From: an uncultured Planctomycetota bacterium
Lineage (GTDB): Bacteria; Planctomycetota; Planctomycetia; Pirellulales; Lacipirellulaceae
Direction of reading: 5' to 3'
Assembly: GCA_963719315.1 (NCBI GenBank)
Contig: CAVRBU010000002.1
Coordinates: forward strand, 160,001 to 224,000
DNA: 64,000 nucleotides
Of this stretch, positions 1 through 9,964 are shown in pieces (the stretch's first letter is position 1; every line of letters starts with the position of its first letter). Under the pieces are notes generated by a model. The model ran no database searches and was not told the origin of the DNA. It saw only the letters and a list, made by a program, of their open reading frames with translations. A program made the position numbers and the translations under genes.

Positions 1-82
1 TCCGTAATATTTTCTCCGCTACAATTCACTGACGAGCGCGGTCCCCGCACTCCGCCGCCCGTTTTTCTCCAAGGACGCCCCC

Positions 83-2878
83 ATGGCCACGCCGACCGAT
101 TTCGACTCCTTCCAATCTCGCGACACTTTTGACACCGGCAGCGGCAAGGCTGGCATCTATCGGCTCTCCAGACTCCAAGACGCGGGCCTCGGCAAGATCG
201 CCGCCCTGCCCTACTCGATCCGCGTGCTGCTGGAATCGCTGCTTCGCAATTGCGATGGCTACCTCGTGACGCAGGACGACGTCAAAGCTCTCGCCGCCTG
301 GAAGGCCGCGGCCCCGGCCCAGGTCGAAATCCCGTTCAAGCCGGCCCGAGTTGTGCTCCAGGATTTCACCGGAGTCCCCTGCGTCGTTGATCTTGCTGCC
401 ATGCGGGCCGCGATGAAACGTCTCGGCGGCGATCCCAAAAAGATTAACCCGCTCGTACCCGTCGATCTCGTCATCGACCACTCCGTGCAGGTCGATTACT
501 TCAACTCGGCCGAAGCGCTCGACCTCAACATCGATATGGAGTTCACCCGCAATCGCGAGCGCTACGAATTCCTTCGCTGGGGCCAAAAGGCATTCAACAA
601 CTTCCGCGTCGTGCCGCCCGGCACCGGCATTGTCCACCAGGTGAATCTCGAATATCTCGCCAAGGTCGTGTTCCTCGGTCAGGACCAGAAGGGTCCCGTT
701 GCGTTCCCCGACTCGCTCGTCGGCACCGATAGCCACACCACGATGATCGACGGTCTCGGTGTCGTCGGCTGGGGCGTCGGTGGCATCGAAGCCGAAGGTG
801 TGATGCTCGGCCAACCAATTTATATGTTGCTCCCAGAAGTTGTTGGCATGGAGCTAACGGGCAAACTCGCTCCCGGCGCGACTGCCACCGACCTGGTTCT
901 CACGGTCACCGAAATCCTTCGCAAAGAAAAAGTCGTCGGCAAGTTCGTTGAGTTCTTCGGCCCCGGCGTTTCCACAATGGCCGTGGCCGATCGCGCCACG
1001 ATCGGCAATATGTCGCCCGAATACGGCGCGACGATGGGCTTCTTCCCCATCGACGACCAAACGCTGCGCTACCTCCGCCAAACCGGCCGCACGAAGGCCG
1101 AGGTGGATTTGGTCGAGCGCTACTCAAAGGAGCAAGGCCTCTTCCGCACCGATAGCGCCCCCATCCCCACGTTCACAAAAGTAGTTCGGCTCGACCTCTC
1201 GACCGTTGTACCCAGCCTCGCCGGCCCCAAACGCCCGCAGGATCGCATTCCGCTCACGAATATGAAACCCGCCTGGCGTGATTCGCTCAACACGGTCTAC
1301 GGCAAGCGGGTCCCCAACAATGGCTCGCCCGAAGGCCGCTGGGAGGGCGAAGGCGGTCACAAGATCGAACCAAAGCACGCCGCCCACGCCACGCCCGCGG
1401 CCCCGGACCTCGGCTTCAGCGGCGTGCCGATCAAGTGGAACAGCAAGGAATTCGACCTCAAGCACGGCGACGTCGTCATCGCCGCGATTACGAGTTGCAC
1501 GAACACCAGCAACCCTAGCGTGATGGTCGCCGCCGGATTGTTGGCCAAGAAGGCAGTCGAAAAAGGCCTCACCGTTCCGCCGCATGTGAAGACCAGCCTG
1601 GCTCCCGGCTCGCGCGTCGTCACCGATTACTTCGCCAAGGCCGGCCTCGCTAGCTACCTCGAAAAAGTCGGCTTCTACACCGTCGGCTACGGTTGCACGA
1701 CCTGCATCGGCAACAGCGGCCCGCTGCCGGAGCCGATCTCCGACGCCGTCAAGAAAAACGACCTCGTCGTCACCGGCGTCCTCTCCGGCAATCGCAACTT
1801 CGAAGGCCGCATCAACCCCGATGTCAAAGCCAACTACCTGGCCAGCCCGCCACTCGTCGTCGCTTACGCCCTTGCCGGCACGACCGACATCGACTTCGAA
1901 AAGGAGCCGATCGGCGCCGGCAAGAACGGCTCGCCCGTCTATCTGCGCGACATCTGGCCCACGCAGGCCGATGTGCAAACCGTCGTCGACCAATGCGTGC
2001 TGCCTGAAATGTTCGAATCTCAATACGGCGACGTGTGGAACAAGAACCCGAAGTGGAACGCCATCAAAACGAGCGACGGGGAGCTGTACAACTGGAATCC
2101 AGACAGCACCTACATTCAAGAGCCGCCGTTCCTCGAAAACCTCGCGCCGCAACCCGGACCGATCCAACCGATCCGCGGCGCTCGTTGCCTCGCCGCATTC
2201 GGAGATTCCGTGACGACGGACCACATTTCGCCCGCCGGCTCGATCGCCAAAGACGGTCCCGCCGGCAAGTACCTGTTGTCGCTCGGCGTCGAACCCCGCG
2301 ATTTCAACAGCTACGGCGCCCGCCGCGGCAACGACCGCGTGATGACCCGCGGCACATTCGCCAACATCCGCATCCGCAATCTGCTCGCCCCCGGCACTGA
2401 AGGCGGCGTTACCCGCCATCTGCCCGATGGCGAAGTAATGTCGATCTACGACGCCGCCATGAAATACAAAGCGGAAAACACGCCGACAGTCGTCCTCGCC
2501 GGCGCCGAATACGGCAGCGGCTCCAGCCGCGACTGGGCGGCAAAGGGCCCGTTCCTGCAAGGCGTCCGTGCCGCCATCGCCGCCAGCTTCGAACGCATCC
2601 ACCGCAGCAACCTCGTGATGATGGGCATCCTCCCGCTCGAATTCGCCCCCGGCGTCACATGGCAATCCGTCGGCCTCACCGGCGAAGAAGTTTTCGATTT
2701 CCCCACGCTCGGCGACGACCTCCGCCCGCGCCAAAAACTGAAAGTCGTCGCCACTGCCGCCGACGGAAAGCGCAAAGAATTCGAAGCCACCGTCCGGATC
2801 GATACGCCCGTCGAGCTCGACTACTACCGCAACGGCGGCATCCTGCAAACCGTGCTCAGGAAGCTGCTGAAATCGTAG
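83..2878 (+). CDS. acnA: Aconitate hydratase AcnA
   Basis: 931 aa; motifs [69 protein letters not shown]. Confidence 0.98.
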   Translation: MATPTDFDSFQSRDTFDTGSGKAGIYRLSRLQDAGLGKIAALPYSIRVLLESLLRNCDGYLVTQDDVKALAAWKAAAPAQVEIPFKPARVVLQDFTGVPCVVDLAAMRAAMKRLGGDPKKINPLVPVDLVIDHSVQVDYFNSAEALDLNIDMEFTRNRERYEFLRWGQKAFNNFRVVPPGTGIVHQVNLEYLAKVVFLGQDQKGPVAFPDSLVGTDSHTTMIDGLGVVGWGVGGIEAEGVMLGQPIYMLLPEVVGMELTGKLAPGATATDLVLTVTEILRKEKVVGKFVEFFGPGVSTMAVADRATIGNMSPEYGATMGFFPIDDQTLRYLRQTGRTKAEVDLVERYSKEQGLFRTDSAPIPTFTKVVRLDLSTVVPSLAGPKRPQDRIPLTNMKPAWRDSLNTVYGKRVPNNGSPEGRWEGEGGHKIEPKHAAHATPAAPDLGFSGVPIKWNSKEFDLKHGDVVIAAITSCTNTSNPSVMVAAGLLAKKAVEKGLTVPPHVKTSLAPGSRVVTDYFAKAGLASYLEKVGFYTVGYGCTTCIGNSGPLPEPISDAVKKNDLVVTGVLSGNRNFEGRINPDVKANYLASPPLVVAYALAGTTDIDFEKEPIGAGKNGSPVYLRDIWPTQADVQTVVDQCVLPEMFESQYGDVWNKNPKWNAIKTSDGELYNWNPDSTYIQEPPFLENLAPQPGPIQPIRGARCLAAFGDSVTTDHISPAGSIAKDGPAGKYLLSLGVEPRDFNSYGARRGNDRVMTRGTFANIRIRNLLAPGTEGGVTRHLPDGEVMSIYDAAMKYKAENTPTVVLAGAEYGSGSSRDWAAKGPFLQGVRAAIAASFERIHRSNLVMMGILPLEFAPGVTWQSVGLTGEEVFDFPTLGDDLRPRQKLKVVATAADGKRKEFEATVRIDTPVELDYYRNGGILQTVLRKLLKS

Positions 2879-2897
2879 CTTTGTAGTCAGCCGATTG

Positions 2898-2906
2898 TGA
2901 TAGAAT
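2898..2906 (+). promoter_or_regulatory. Candidate extended -10 promoter for the TA pair
   Basis: TGaTAGAAT about 20 nt upstream of the antitoxin start. Confidence 0.4.
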
Positions 2907-2926
2907 AGATAGGGAGATCCATAGCT

Positions 2927-3193
2927 GTGTCTAAGAACTTAGAGATTCCGGATCCGATTTTCGACGCGCTGGAACAAGCCGCGTCGGCGAGCGGTACAAC
3001 CCCGGTCGGCTGGATCACCGCGCACTTGCCGCCGTCCAAACCAAATTCGCTTGCAGGCGCGAAATCACTTGCCGACGCGATGGCCGACCATATCGGCACT
3101 ATCCACAGCGGTGGGCAAGAGGCTCTTTCGCAGAAATGTGGTGAGCGATTTACTGATTACGTCGCGCAAAAACGACGCGAAGGCCGGTTGTAA
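2927..3193 (+). CDS. Putative antitoxin
   Basis: 88 aa; N-terminal LEIPDPIFDALEQAA resembles an RHH-like region; stop overlaps the start of the PIN gene. Confidence 0.65.
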   Translation: MSKNLEIPDPIFDALEQAASASGTTPVGWITAHLPPSKPNSLAGAKSLADAMADHIGTIHSGGQEALSQKCGERFTDYVAQKRREGRL

Positions 3194-3597
3194 TGTTATG
3201 CGATGCGGGGCCGATGGTAGCACTTGTCGATGCGGATGATCCCTATCACGATAAGTGCCTCCGCGCAGCCGCAATACTGCCACCTTTGATGGTTACGACG
3301 TGGCCATGCCTCACTGAAGCAATGCACTTGCTCTATCGCGCTGGCGGATTGAGCGCTCAGAATGAACTTTGGTCGTTTGTTGCCAATGGGGTATTGCGCC
3401 TACATCTCCCGGGCGACGACGAATGGCGGCTTATCCATCAGTTGATGAACCGATACTTCGACATGCCGCTCGACCTTGCGGATGCTTCGCTAGTTAGCGC
3501 CACCGAGCGTCTCGACGACTATCAATTGTTTTCCGTAGACGGCTCGCTTCGCGCGGTTCAGTTCGGTGACCGAAGATACTTCCAGCTCGTGCCATGA
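3193..3597 (+). CDS. PIN-domain (VapC-like) toxin
   Basis: 134 aa; acidic PIN residues in LCDAG, LTEA, LADASL and SVD. Confidence 0.85.
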   Translation: MLCDAGPMVALVDADDPYHDKCLRAAAILPPLMVTTWPCLTEAMHLLYRAGGLSAQNELWSFVANGVLRLHLPGDDEWRLIHQLMNRYFDMPLDLADASLVSATERLDDYQLFSVDGSLRAVQFGDRRYFQLVP

Positions 3598-3603
3598 AGT
3601 GGC

Positions 3604-4905
3604 TCACTCCACCGGCTCCGCCTTCCCGCGCACCAACGGCAACTCCGGCAACAGCAGCGCAAACGCCGCCGCCGGTATGAACAAGAAGCTTGTATACAGA
3701 AGGGCCTGTCGGTAATCGCCCGCGACACCGAATGTGCCGAAGTACACCGTGCCGAACGCCGCCGCGATTCGGCCGATGTTGTAACAAAAACCCGCGCCGG
3801 TCGTCCGCAGCAGCGTCGGAAACAGCGGCGGCAAGTACATCGTAAACAGCGCGAACACGCCCTGGCACACGCCAATCGCCGGCAGCCACACGTACATGCT
3901 CTCGTAACCGCGCGGTACGCAGTAGGCGCCAAACATCGTTGCGAAGTACGCGAGGCAAATCGTGACGATGGCCGCCCGGTACCCGATCCGGGACGCGATT
4001 GCGGCCGCCACGAAATTCCCTAACAGCGACGTTCCCACGACCAACGTCAGCCCCTGGATAGCCAGTTGGCTTTTCTCCCCATCCGTCCAACTGGCGACGT
4101 CCGGCAAATTCCGCAAATGCTGCGTCAACCAGAACATGAACGCCCAGTGCCCGGTGAGCGATGTCGCGCACACCAGAATTGCCGCGATTGTGATCCGCCG
4201 CACGCGACCTTGAAACAACTCGATAAACCTCGGCTGCTCGGTACTCGCGCTTTCCTTCGCCGCCTGCCATTCGGCCGGTTCCGGCACCGCCCGACGAATC
4301 CACAGCACCAATAGCGCCGGCAACACGCCGACCAGAAACACGGAGCGGTCTTCGAACTCGAGCAGTGTCAGCAGAATGTAGCCGGCCAGCATTGCCAGCA
4401 GAATGCCGAGATTCACGCCGCATTGCAGCACCGCTGCCACCCAGTGCCGCCACCGCGCGGGCCACGTCTCCGAGAGCATCGATGCCCCCACCGCCCACTC
4501 GCCGCCGATGCCGAGCGCCGCCAGAAAGCGGTACGCCAACAGGTGCTTCCAATCGGTCGCAAAGTACGACAGCCCGGTGAACAGCGCGTACGTAAGAATC
4601 GTAAGCATTAGCGCCCGGCTGCGACCCAACCGGTCGCCCACGCGCCCGAAGATACCGCCCCCCAACGCCCATCCCACCAAGAATGCGGCTTGAATCCAGG
4701 AGCTTTTCTCGCGAACGTCGTCCGAGCGCACATCCATCGCGAGCAATTGGGCCACAAAGGGCGTCGCCACGATCGTATAGAGATGCAGGTCGAGCCCGTC
4801 GAAGAACCATCCTAGCCACGCCGCCAGGCCCGACTTCCATTGTGTGCTCGAAATATCGCGGAGGCCGACAATCTCGGCGCGAACTTGGACAGAATCATTT
4901 GCCAT
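3604..4905 (-). CDS. MFS transporter
   Basis: 433 aa, multiple TM segments; motif A GRVGDRLGRSR; RFLAALGIGGEW. Confidence 0.93.
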   Translation of the reverse strand: MANDSVQVRAEIVGLRDISSTQWKSGLAAWLGWFFDGLDLHLYTIVATPFVAQLLAMDVRSDDVREKSSWIQAAFLVGWALGGGIFGRVGDRLGRSRALMLTILTYALFTGLSYFATDWKHLLAYRFLAALGIGGEWAVGASMLSETWPARWRHWVAAVLQCGVNLGILLAMLAGYILLTLLEFEDRSVFLVGVLPALLVLWIRRAVPEPAEWQAAKESASTEQPRFIELFQGRVRRITIAAILVCATSLTGHWAFMFWLTQHLRNLPDVASWTDGEKSQLAIQGLTLVVGTSLLGNFVAAAIASRIGYRAAIVTICLAYFATMFGAYCVPRGYESMYVWLPAIGVCQGVFALFTMYLPPLFPTLLRTTGAGFCYNIGRIAAAFGTVYFGTFGVAGDYRQALLYTSFLFIPAAAFALLLPELPLVRGKAEPVE

Positions 4906-5158
4906 AACGCGCAGCCAAAAATAAGAGCACTAGTGAATTGCCGAATTCGGATAAGAATCGAATCACTATCGTAGGGTGTACCACGAACGAAAAACAGACT
5001 CCCACGATTTGGCGGCGGCGGCCACGCCGCTGCGACCCCAAACCGTTCCATTGAGCCAAACCGTCCCATACGCCCGCTCACGGCCATCCATAGCCGAACA
5101 CCCGCCCCGTTGAGTATGATCGGTATGGGGGATTCGCCTGTCGAACCGGAGTTCATCG

Positions 5159-6163
5159 ATGAATCGCAAGTTAAGTTTGACGTTGGCCTTGCTCGCACTG
5201 ACGCAAATCGGCCCCACCCCCACCGCCCACGGCGACGAATTCGTCATCGCCAGTTGGAACTGCGAAAACCTGTTCGATACGGCCGACGATCCCAAAGTCG
5301 AGGGCGATGAAGAATATACTCCCAATTCCCCCAAGCATTGGACGAAAGAGCGCCTCAATATCAAGCTCACGAATCTGGCCAGCATCATCAGCAAAATGAA
5401 GGACGGCCAGGGGCCAGACGTCCTTGGGTTGTGCGAAATCGAGAATCGCAAGGTCGTCGAGATGCTGGTCGAGAAACTTCAGCCGCTGGGCCGCAAATAC
5501 GAGATCATTCACAAGGATTCACCGAGCGAGCGCGGCATCGACTGCGCCATCCTCTTCGACAGCTCCGTGTTTTCGCTGGCCGATTCGAAATTCCACCACG
5601 TCGACGCCGGCAAGACTCGCGACATTGTCGAAGTCAAATTGCGTCGCAACGACAGCGACTTGTACGTCTTCATGGATCACTGGCCGTCTCGCCATCACGA
5701 GGAGCCCGCCCGCAACAGAGCCGCCGACACGGCCCGCAAACGGATCGATGAAATTCTGGCCGCCGATCCCCAGGCCGACATCATCCTGCTCGGCGATTTC
5801 AACGACGAATCGACCGACGAATCGATCCGCGACCACCTGCGGACCGCCACCAGCCAAGAGCACCTGCCGCCCGGCGAGTTGTTCGACACCACGGCCGTCA
5901 TCCGCGCGGCCGGCAAAGGCACGTTCGTCTACAAGAACAAGTGGGACATGCTCGATCACATCATCATTTCGCCTGGCCTACTCAACCCGCAGGGCTTCCA
6001 GTGGAAAGAAGGGAGCAGCCAACGGCTCGAATTCCCCGAACTTTTTTATCAACCCAAATATCCGGACGCGCTCAACCGCCCTTCGACCAGTTACACGAAG
6101 AATGTATTTCACAAAAATGGTTACTCCGACCATTTGCCGTTAAACTGCGTGATCGTACAGTGA
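5159..6163 (+). CDS. Secreted endonuclease/exonuclease/phosphatase family protein
   Basis: Signal peptide; WNCENLFD, LGLCEIEN, LLGDFND, LDHII, YSDHLP. Confidence 0.92.
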   Translation: MNRKLSLTLALLALTQIGPTPTAHGDEFVIASWNCENLFDTADDPKVEGDEEYTPNSPKHWTKERLNIKLTNLASIISKMKDGQGPDVLGLCEIENRKVVEMLVEKLQPLGRKYEIIHKDSPSERGIDCAILFDSSVFSLADSKFHHVDAGKTRDIVEVKLRRNDSDLYVFMDHWPSRHHEEPARNRAADTARKRIDEILAADPQADIILLGDFNDESTDESIRDHLRTATSQEHLPPGELFDTTAVIRAAGKGTFVYKNKWDMLDHIIISPGLLNPQGFQWKEGSSQRLEFPELFYQPKYPDALNRPSTSYTKNVFHKNGYSDHLPLNCVIVQ

Positions 6164-6199
6164 TGGTAGGGATCCACGCTCGCGTACGCCGGTGACTCT

Positions 6200-7105
6200 A
6201 TGCCGATTCAGATCGAATGCCCCGGTTGCAAAGCGACATTGCTTGTGGCCGACGAGCTGGCCGGCAAGCAGGGCAAATGCATTCATTGCGGTCATCGGCT
6301 CACGGTGCCGGGCCGAGCCAGCATCGGCGGGCTCTCGCCGACTCTTTTCGAGGCCACGCCGGAAGCGATGTTGCGCGAGCTATTTCGGCGTCAGCAAAGC
6401 GCCATGCTGTTGGTGTTCCCGATGCCGGCCGACGGGTCGTACGACCTTACCAAAATGCCCGAAACCGACTTGAAATGCATTGCGACTGAGGACATCAACC
6501 AGGTCCGCTTCGCGCAACTCGTAGCTGGCTTCACGCAACGCTACTCGCCGCGCAAGAAAAGGCCGGCTGGTCCGACGCTGGACGAACAATTGTTCGAGCT
6601 CAAAGGCGATCGACTCGGCATGTCGCTCGAGGAGTTCAAGCACAAGTATGAACGCAGCGGTGAAGGCGGCGTGCGCCTGCCGCTGTGCTCCGATACGGCT
6701 TGGGGCGCCAACAAGGCTTCGCTCCGCAGCGAGCCGTGGCATCAGAAGGCCGGAATCATTCACGCTCGCGTCGATGTGCCGTCTGAAGACAATTCGCCGA
6801 CGGTCGCCGGTGTGAAAACCGAACTGTTGTTGTACCAGTTCGTCGACGGCAAGCTGTTCCGCATGGTGGCGTTGCTGCCGACCGATAAATTTCATGTGTT
6901 CAGTGAAGCGGCCATCAAGAAGTTCGGCCCCGTGACGCGCGAAACTCAAAGACCACGGCAACTTGTCTGGGAAAACCCCGTCGCATGGATCTCGCTGACT
7001 CGCGGATCCGTGCACCCGCCGGAAGCCTCGGTGCTGGAACTCGTCCACCGACAATTACATCAAATTGCCGACTCGCGCACTCCCTCCGGAGCGGCGGACA
7101 TCTAA
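6200..7105 (+). CDS. Zinc-ribbon (MJ0042-like) domain protein
   Basis: N-terminal CPGC-x(16)-CIHC zinc ribbon; remainder unrecognised. Confidence 0.75.
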   Translation: MPIQIECPGCKATLLVADELAGKQGKCIHCGHRLTVPGRASIGGLSPTLFEATPEAMLRELFRRQQSAMLLVFPMPADGSYDLTKMPETDLKCIATEDINQVRFAQLVAGFTQRYSPRKKRPAGPTLDEQLFELKGDRLGMSLEEFKHKYERSGEGGVRLPLCSDTAWGANKASLRSEPWHQKAGIIHARVDVPSEDNSPTVAGVKTELLLYQFVDGKLFRMVALLPTDKFHVFSEAAIKKFGPVTRETQRPRQLVWENPVAWISLTRGSVHPPEASVLELVHRQLHQIADSRTPSGAADI

Positions 7106-7219
7106 CGCGATCCCATAAAAATGTGGGAGGCGTTTCTGACGCCGATGAAGCGCACCATTGTCAACGCGGCATCGGCCTCGGAGAGGTCTCCCCCATCAAT
7201 GGACAATTTGCAACGATTG

Positions 7220-7681
7220 CTAGATCGCATCGAGGCTGTCCTTATACCGCTCAACCACCTCCCGCGGTTCCAAATTGAACACGGCCCGTCCCTGCGTCGT
7301 CCACTCGCGGCCGTTGTGCGTGAACACCGCCGTTGCCGCTCGGAGGTTTCCCACCGCCTCAACGTCTTCCATCCCGCCGCCTTCAATCGCCTCGAACCCG
7401 ATCGTCACGCCCACGAGACCCACGAACTGGCCGTTGGCTCGATCGCGGGCCAGCAGCACGCCTTGCTGAAACGCGCATTGCTTCCACGCCAGCCCGCGCG
7501 GTTTGCCGCTCGCCGCGGCCGACTTGAAGAAAGCGCTCTCCAGCGAATCCTGGTCGCGCACGAATTGCCGCAGCGCACGCTCGATCCGCCGCTTGAATAG
7601 CGTCGGCCGCAGAAGGGCCCAGGCCAGCCAAGCGATCAATAGAAATAAGAACGCCAAAAACCAGAACACAATGCGGAACAC
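7220..7681 (-). CDS. Hypothetical membrane-anchored protein
   Basis: 153 aa; N-terminal TM helix; GKPRGLAW motif; coding-like composition. Confidence 0.75.
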   Translation of the reverse strand: MFRIVFWFLAFLFLLIAWLAWALLRPTLFKRRIERALRQFVRDQDSLESAFFKSAAASGKPRGLAWKQCAFQQGVLLARDRANGQFVGLVGVTIGFEAIEGGGMEDVEAVGNLRAATAVFTHNGREWTTQGRAVFNLEPREVVERYKDSLDAI

Positions 7682-7710
7682 ATTCCTCTCGCTTCCAAAG
7701 GAATAGCAGT

Positions 7711-7808
7711 GGGTGTCACGCTCTCACGAAGCACCGACATGTCCACGCTAGCGATCACGCCTTCCTGCTTCGCGTGAGCACGTTCGCGCGAGCGAGCGCA
7801 TGTCACCC
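7711..7808. repeat. Imperfect intergenic palindrome (GGGTGTCA...TGTCACCC), REP-like
   Basis: Imperfect inverted ends plus inner CTCACGAAGC / GCTTCGCGTGAG. Confidence 0.5.
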
Positions 7809-7841
7809 TTGCAGACGCTAAGCAATCTAGCACGAACCGCG

Positions 7842-8243
7842 CTAGCGTTGAACCGGCGGGGCGAAGATCACTGATCGCGAAGCTGCCGGAGGCACGGTTG
7901 GCTGAGACGCCGGAGCGGGTTCAGCGGAGGGCGTCATCAGCGCCGGCTCCTCTGCTCCGCCACTGCGCAAATCGAATGAGCGACCATTGTAGCAAGGCGA
8001 GCACGCGTAGGGATTTGGCGCGTGCAACAACCTCACTTCGTTCGGTGGATGTAAACATTCGCACGTGATCGGTCCCAGAATGAACGGCGCATGATATCCA
8101 CCGCCATAGCCGCATCCAAGCCACTGGCATACGTTGCTCGGCACGTTCCAATAGCCAGTGGCGCTCGCCGCCGAGGCCCCGGCCAACGCGAGGAAAGTCG
8201 CAAGCGCATACGCGAAACCGGTCCGAGTAGCATGCCGAATCAC
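7842..8243 (-). CDS. Small secreted Cys/Gly-rich hypothetical protein
   Basis: Signal peptide ending ASA; CQWLGCGYGGGYHAP; Pro-rich tail. Confidence 0.7.
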   Translation of the reverse strand: MIRHATRTGFAYALATFLALAGASAASATGYWNVPSNVCQWLGCGYGGGYHAPFILGPITCECLHPPNEVRLLHAPNPYACSPCYNGRSFDLRSGGAEEPALMTPSAEPAPASQPTVPPAASRSVIFAPPVQR

Positions 8244-8262
8244 GTGCTGAATCCTTATGAGT

Positions 8263-8312
8263 GTAGCCCTCTCGCTTCACGAGAGGATTTCTGCCCGCGG
8301 AGCGAGCAGCCT
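8263..8312. repeat. REP-like element (GTAGYCCTC family)
   Basis: GTAGCCCTCTCGCTTCACGAGAGG...CGCGGAGCGAG; related copy at 60581-60633. Confidence 0.5.
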
Positions 8313-8406
8313 TATCTATAATCGAGCGGCCCGCGACCGAATAATCAGCGAATCCCCCGCCCGTTGCACGCGCGGCACAACCCGCACAGCTTCGCGCCGC
8401 CGCGGC

Positions 8407-9666
8407 TCAGTCGTTGTAATTGTGCCGCTCGACGTACTCGGTCAAGAAATGTCGCGAGATGAGCCGGTCCACGTCGAACACGTGGGCCAGCAGGGCGGCG
8501 CGAATCCACATCCCGTTGCGGGCCTGGCGGAAGTACATGGCCCGCGGGTCGTTGTCGATCTCCGGCGGAATCTCGCCGAAATGTTGATCGCGCGGGAACG
8601 GGTGCAAGATCGGCGAATACTCTTTCATCCGGCCCACCAGATCCGCCGTCAGGCAATACCGCGAAAAATCAATACTCGCCATCGACGCCGCATCCGCCGG
8701 GTCGTTGTGCTCCTTCTGGAGCCGCGTCATGTACAACGCATCGAGTTGCTCGATCACGGGCTTGCCGTCGAGCAAATCTTCGAACGATTCCACTTCGTAA
8801 AATCGCACGTTCCGATCCGCCAGCCGCTCGCGAAGGTCCTCGCGCATCGCCAGCTTCGGATGGTCGGGCGCCACGAACACCAATCGCACGCCTTCGTACA
8901 GCGCCAGCAACATGGCGAGCGACCGCACGGTTCGCCCGCGGCCGATATCGCCGCAGAAACCGAACGTTTTGTGGGCAAGCCCTTTCGTCAGGCCGTCGTA
9001 GCCCTTCCGCTCGCGCAGCTCTTCGAACTTACTCGCGGAGGGCGAATCCTTCGGGCTCGCAAACTGGAACGACCGCTGCAAGGTGTAGATATCCAACAAC
9101 GCCTGCGTCGGATGCTCATCGGCGCCGGAGCCCGCGTTCACGATCGGCACGCTACGATTGCCGCCCGAATCCAAGTCGTTCATCAGATAGGCACACGACT
9201 CCGCCAGCCGCGCGACTGGGCTCCGCATGATGATCACGTCGAAGTAGCTGCTGAACATGCGGATCGAATCGAACCGCGTCTCGCCCTTCGTTTCGGAAGA
9301 CGTGCTGGGATCGCGAACTTCATTGCATGTGATGCCCAGTATCTGGCAGGCCGCCATGAACGAAAGGAAAGTCCGCGTCGAGGGCTGCGTAAAATAAAGC
9401 ATCGCCCGCTTATGCGGCAACAGATTGATCAGAAAATCCTGCCCGGCGCGGCTCTTCGACAAGAGACGGATCATATCCGCGATGCCGGCCAGCTCTTCCA
9501 AGAGCGGCACCGTATATTGGCCAGAAAAGATGACGTGGCGAATCCGCCCGTCTCGCTCGAACTCCGGCGTTTTCATCCGCACCGGCCGTTGCAAACGCGA
9601 ATCGTACAGCAGCAGGTCGCGCTCGTCCTGCGTTTTGGGGCGCTTCATGGTGGGGGCGGAAGACAT
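8407..9666 (-). CDS. pyrB: Aspartate carbamoyltransferase catalytic subunit (long form)
   Basis: PSTRT, KGET, IVNAG, HPTQALLD, GRTVRSL, TRLQKE, HPFPR, YFRQARNG. Confidence 0.93.
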   Translation of the reverse strand: MSSAPTMKRPKTQDERDLLLYDSRLQRPVRMKTPEFERDGRIRHVIFSGQYTVPLLEELAGIADMIRLLSKSRAGQDFLINLLPHKRAMLYFTQPSTRTFLSFMAACQILGITCNEVRDPSTSSETKGETRFDSIRMFSSYFDVIIMRSPVARLAESCAYLMNDLDSGGNRSVPIVNAGSGADEHPTQALLDIYTLQRSFQFASPKDSPSASKFEELRERKGYDGLTKGLAHKTFGFCGDIGRGRTVRSLAMLLALYEGVRLVFVAPDHPKLAMREDLRERLADRNVRFYEVESFEDLLDGKPVIEQLDALYMTRLQKEHNDPADAASMASIDFSRYCLTADLVGRMKEYSPILHPFPRDQHFGEIPPEIDNDPRAMYFRQARNGMWIRAALLAHVFDVDRLISRHFLTEYVERHNYND

Positions 9667-9748
9667 ATTCGCACCGGCTGCCTTGCCGTAGTTGGTCTCT
9701 TATTTTATCGCACAACAGTCCCGAGACCGTCAAGGGACTGCGAAAGCC

Positions 9749-9870
9749 GGTGGTGTCATAATTTGCGGCACAACAAGCTTTTACCACGGACTTCAATCCG
9801 TACGAGAATCACGGACTGAAGTCCGTGCTACAAAGTTCCGGTCCGAACGGTGCCAAATTAGGACACCACC
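9749..9870. mobile_element. 122-bp MITE-like element, copy 1
   Basis: TIRs GGTGGTGTCATAATTTG / CAAATTAGGACACCACC; flanks CGAAAGCC / CGAAAGCA; last 60 bp identical to 28451-28510. Confidence 0.8.
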
Positions 9871-9886
9871 CGAAAGCAGTTCGATT

Positions 9887-9960
9887 TTAGCTCTTAGCCT
9901 TTGACCAGAAATCTTGCAGTTCCACTCTGGCTAAGAGCTAACAGCTATCGGCTAACAGCT
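9887..9960. repeat. Inverted heptamer array (GCTAACA class)
   Basis: TTAGCTCTTAGCC (9887-9899) pairs with GGCTAAGAGCTAA (9929-9941); continues GCTAACA GCTATCG GCTAACA. Confidence 0.75.
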
Positions 9961-9964
9961 TCTT

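Noticed and set aside
1124..2848. 574-aa - strand ORF (and similar long antisense ORFs at 32152-33555 and 55543-56733)
   Set aside because: Shadows of well-supported genes on the opposite strand
8257..9819. 520-aa + strand ORF
   Set aside because: Antisense shadow of pyrB in high-GC DNA; no motifs
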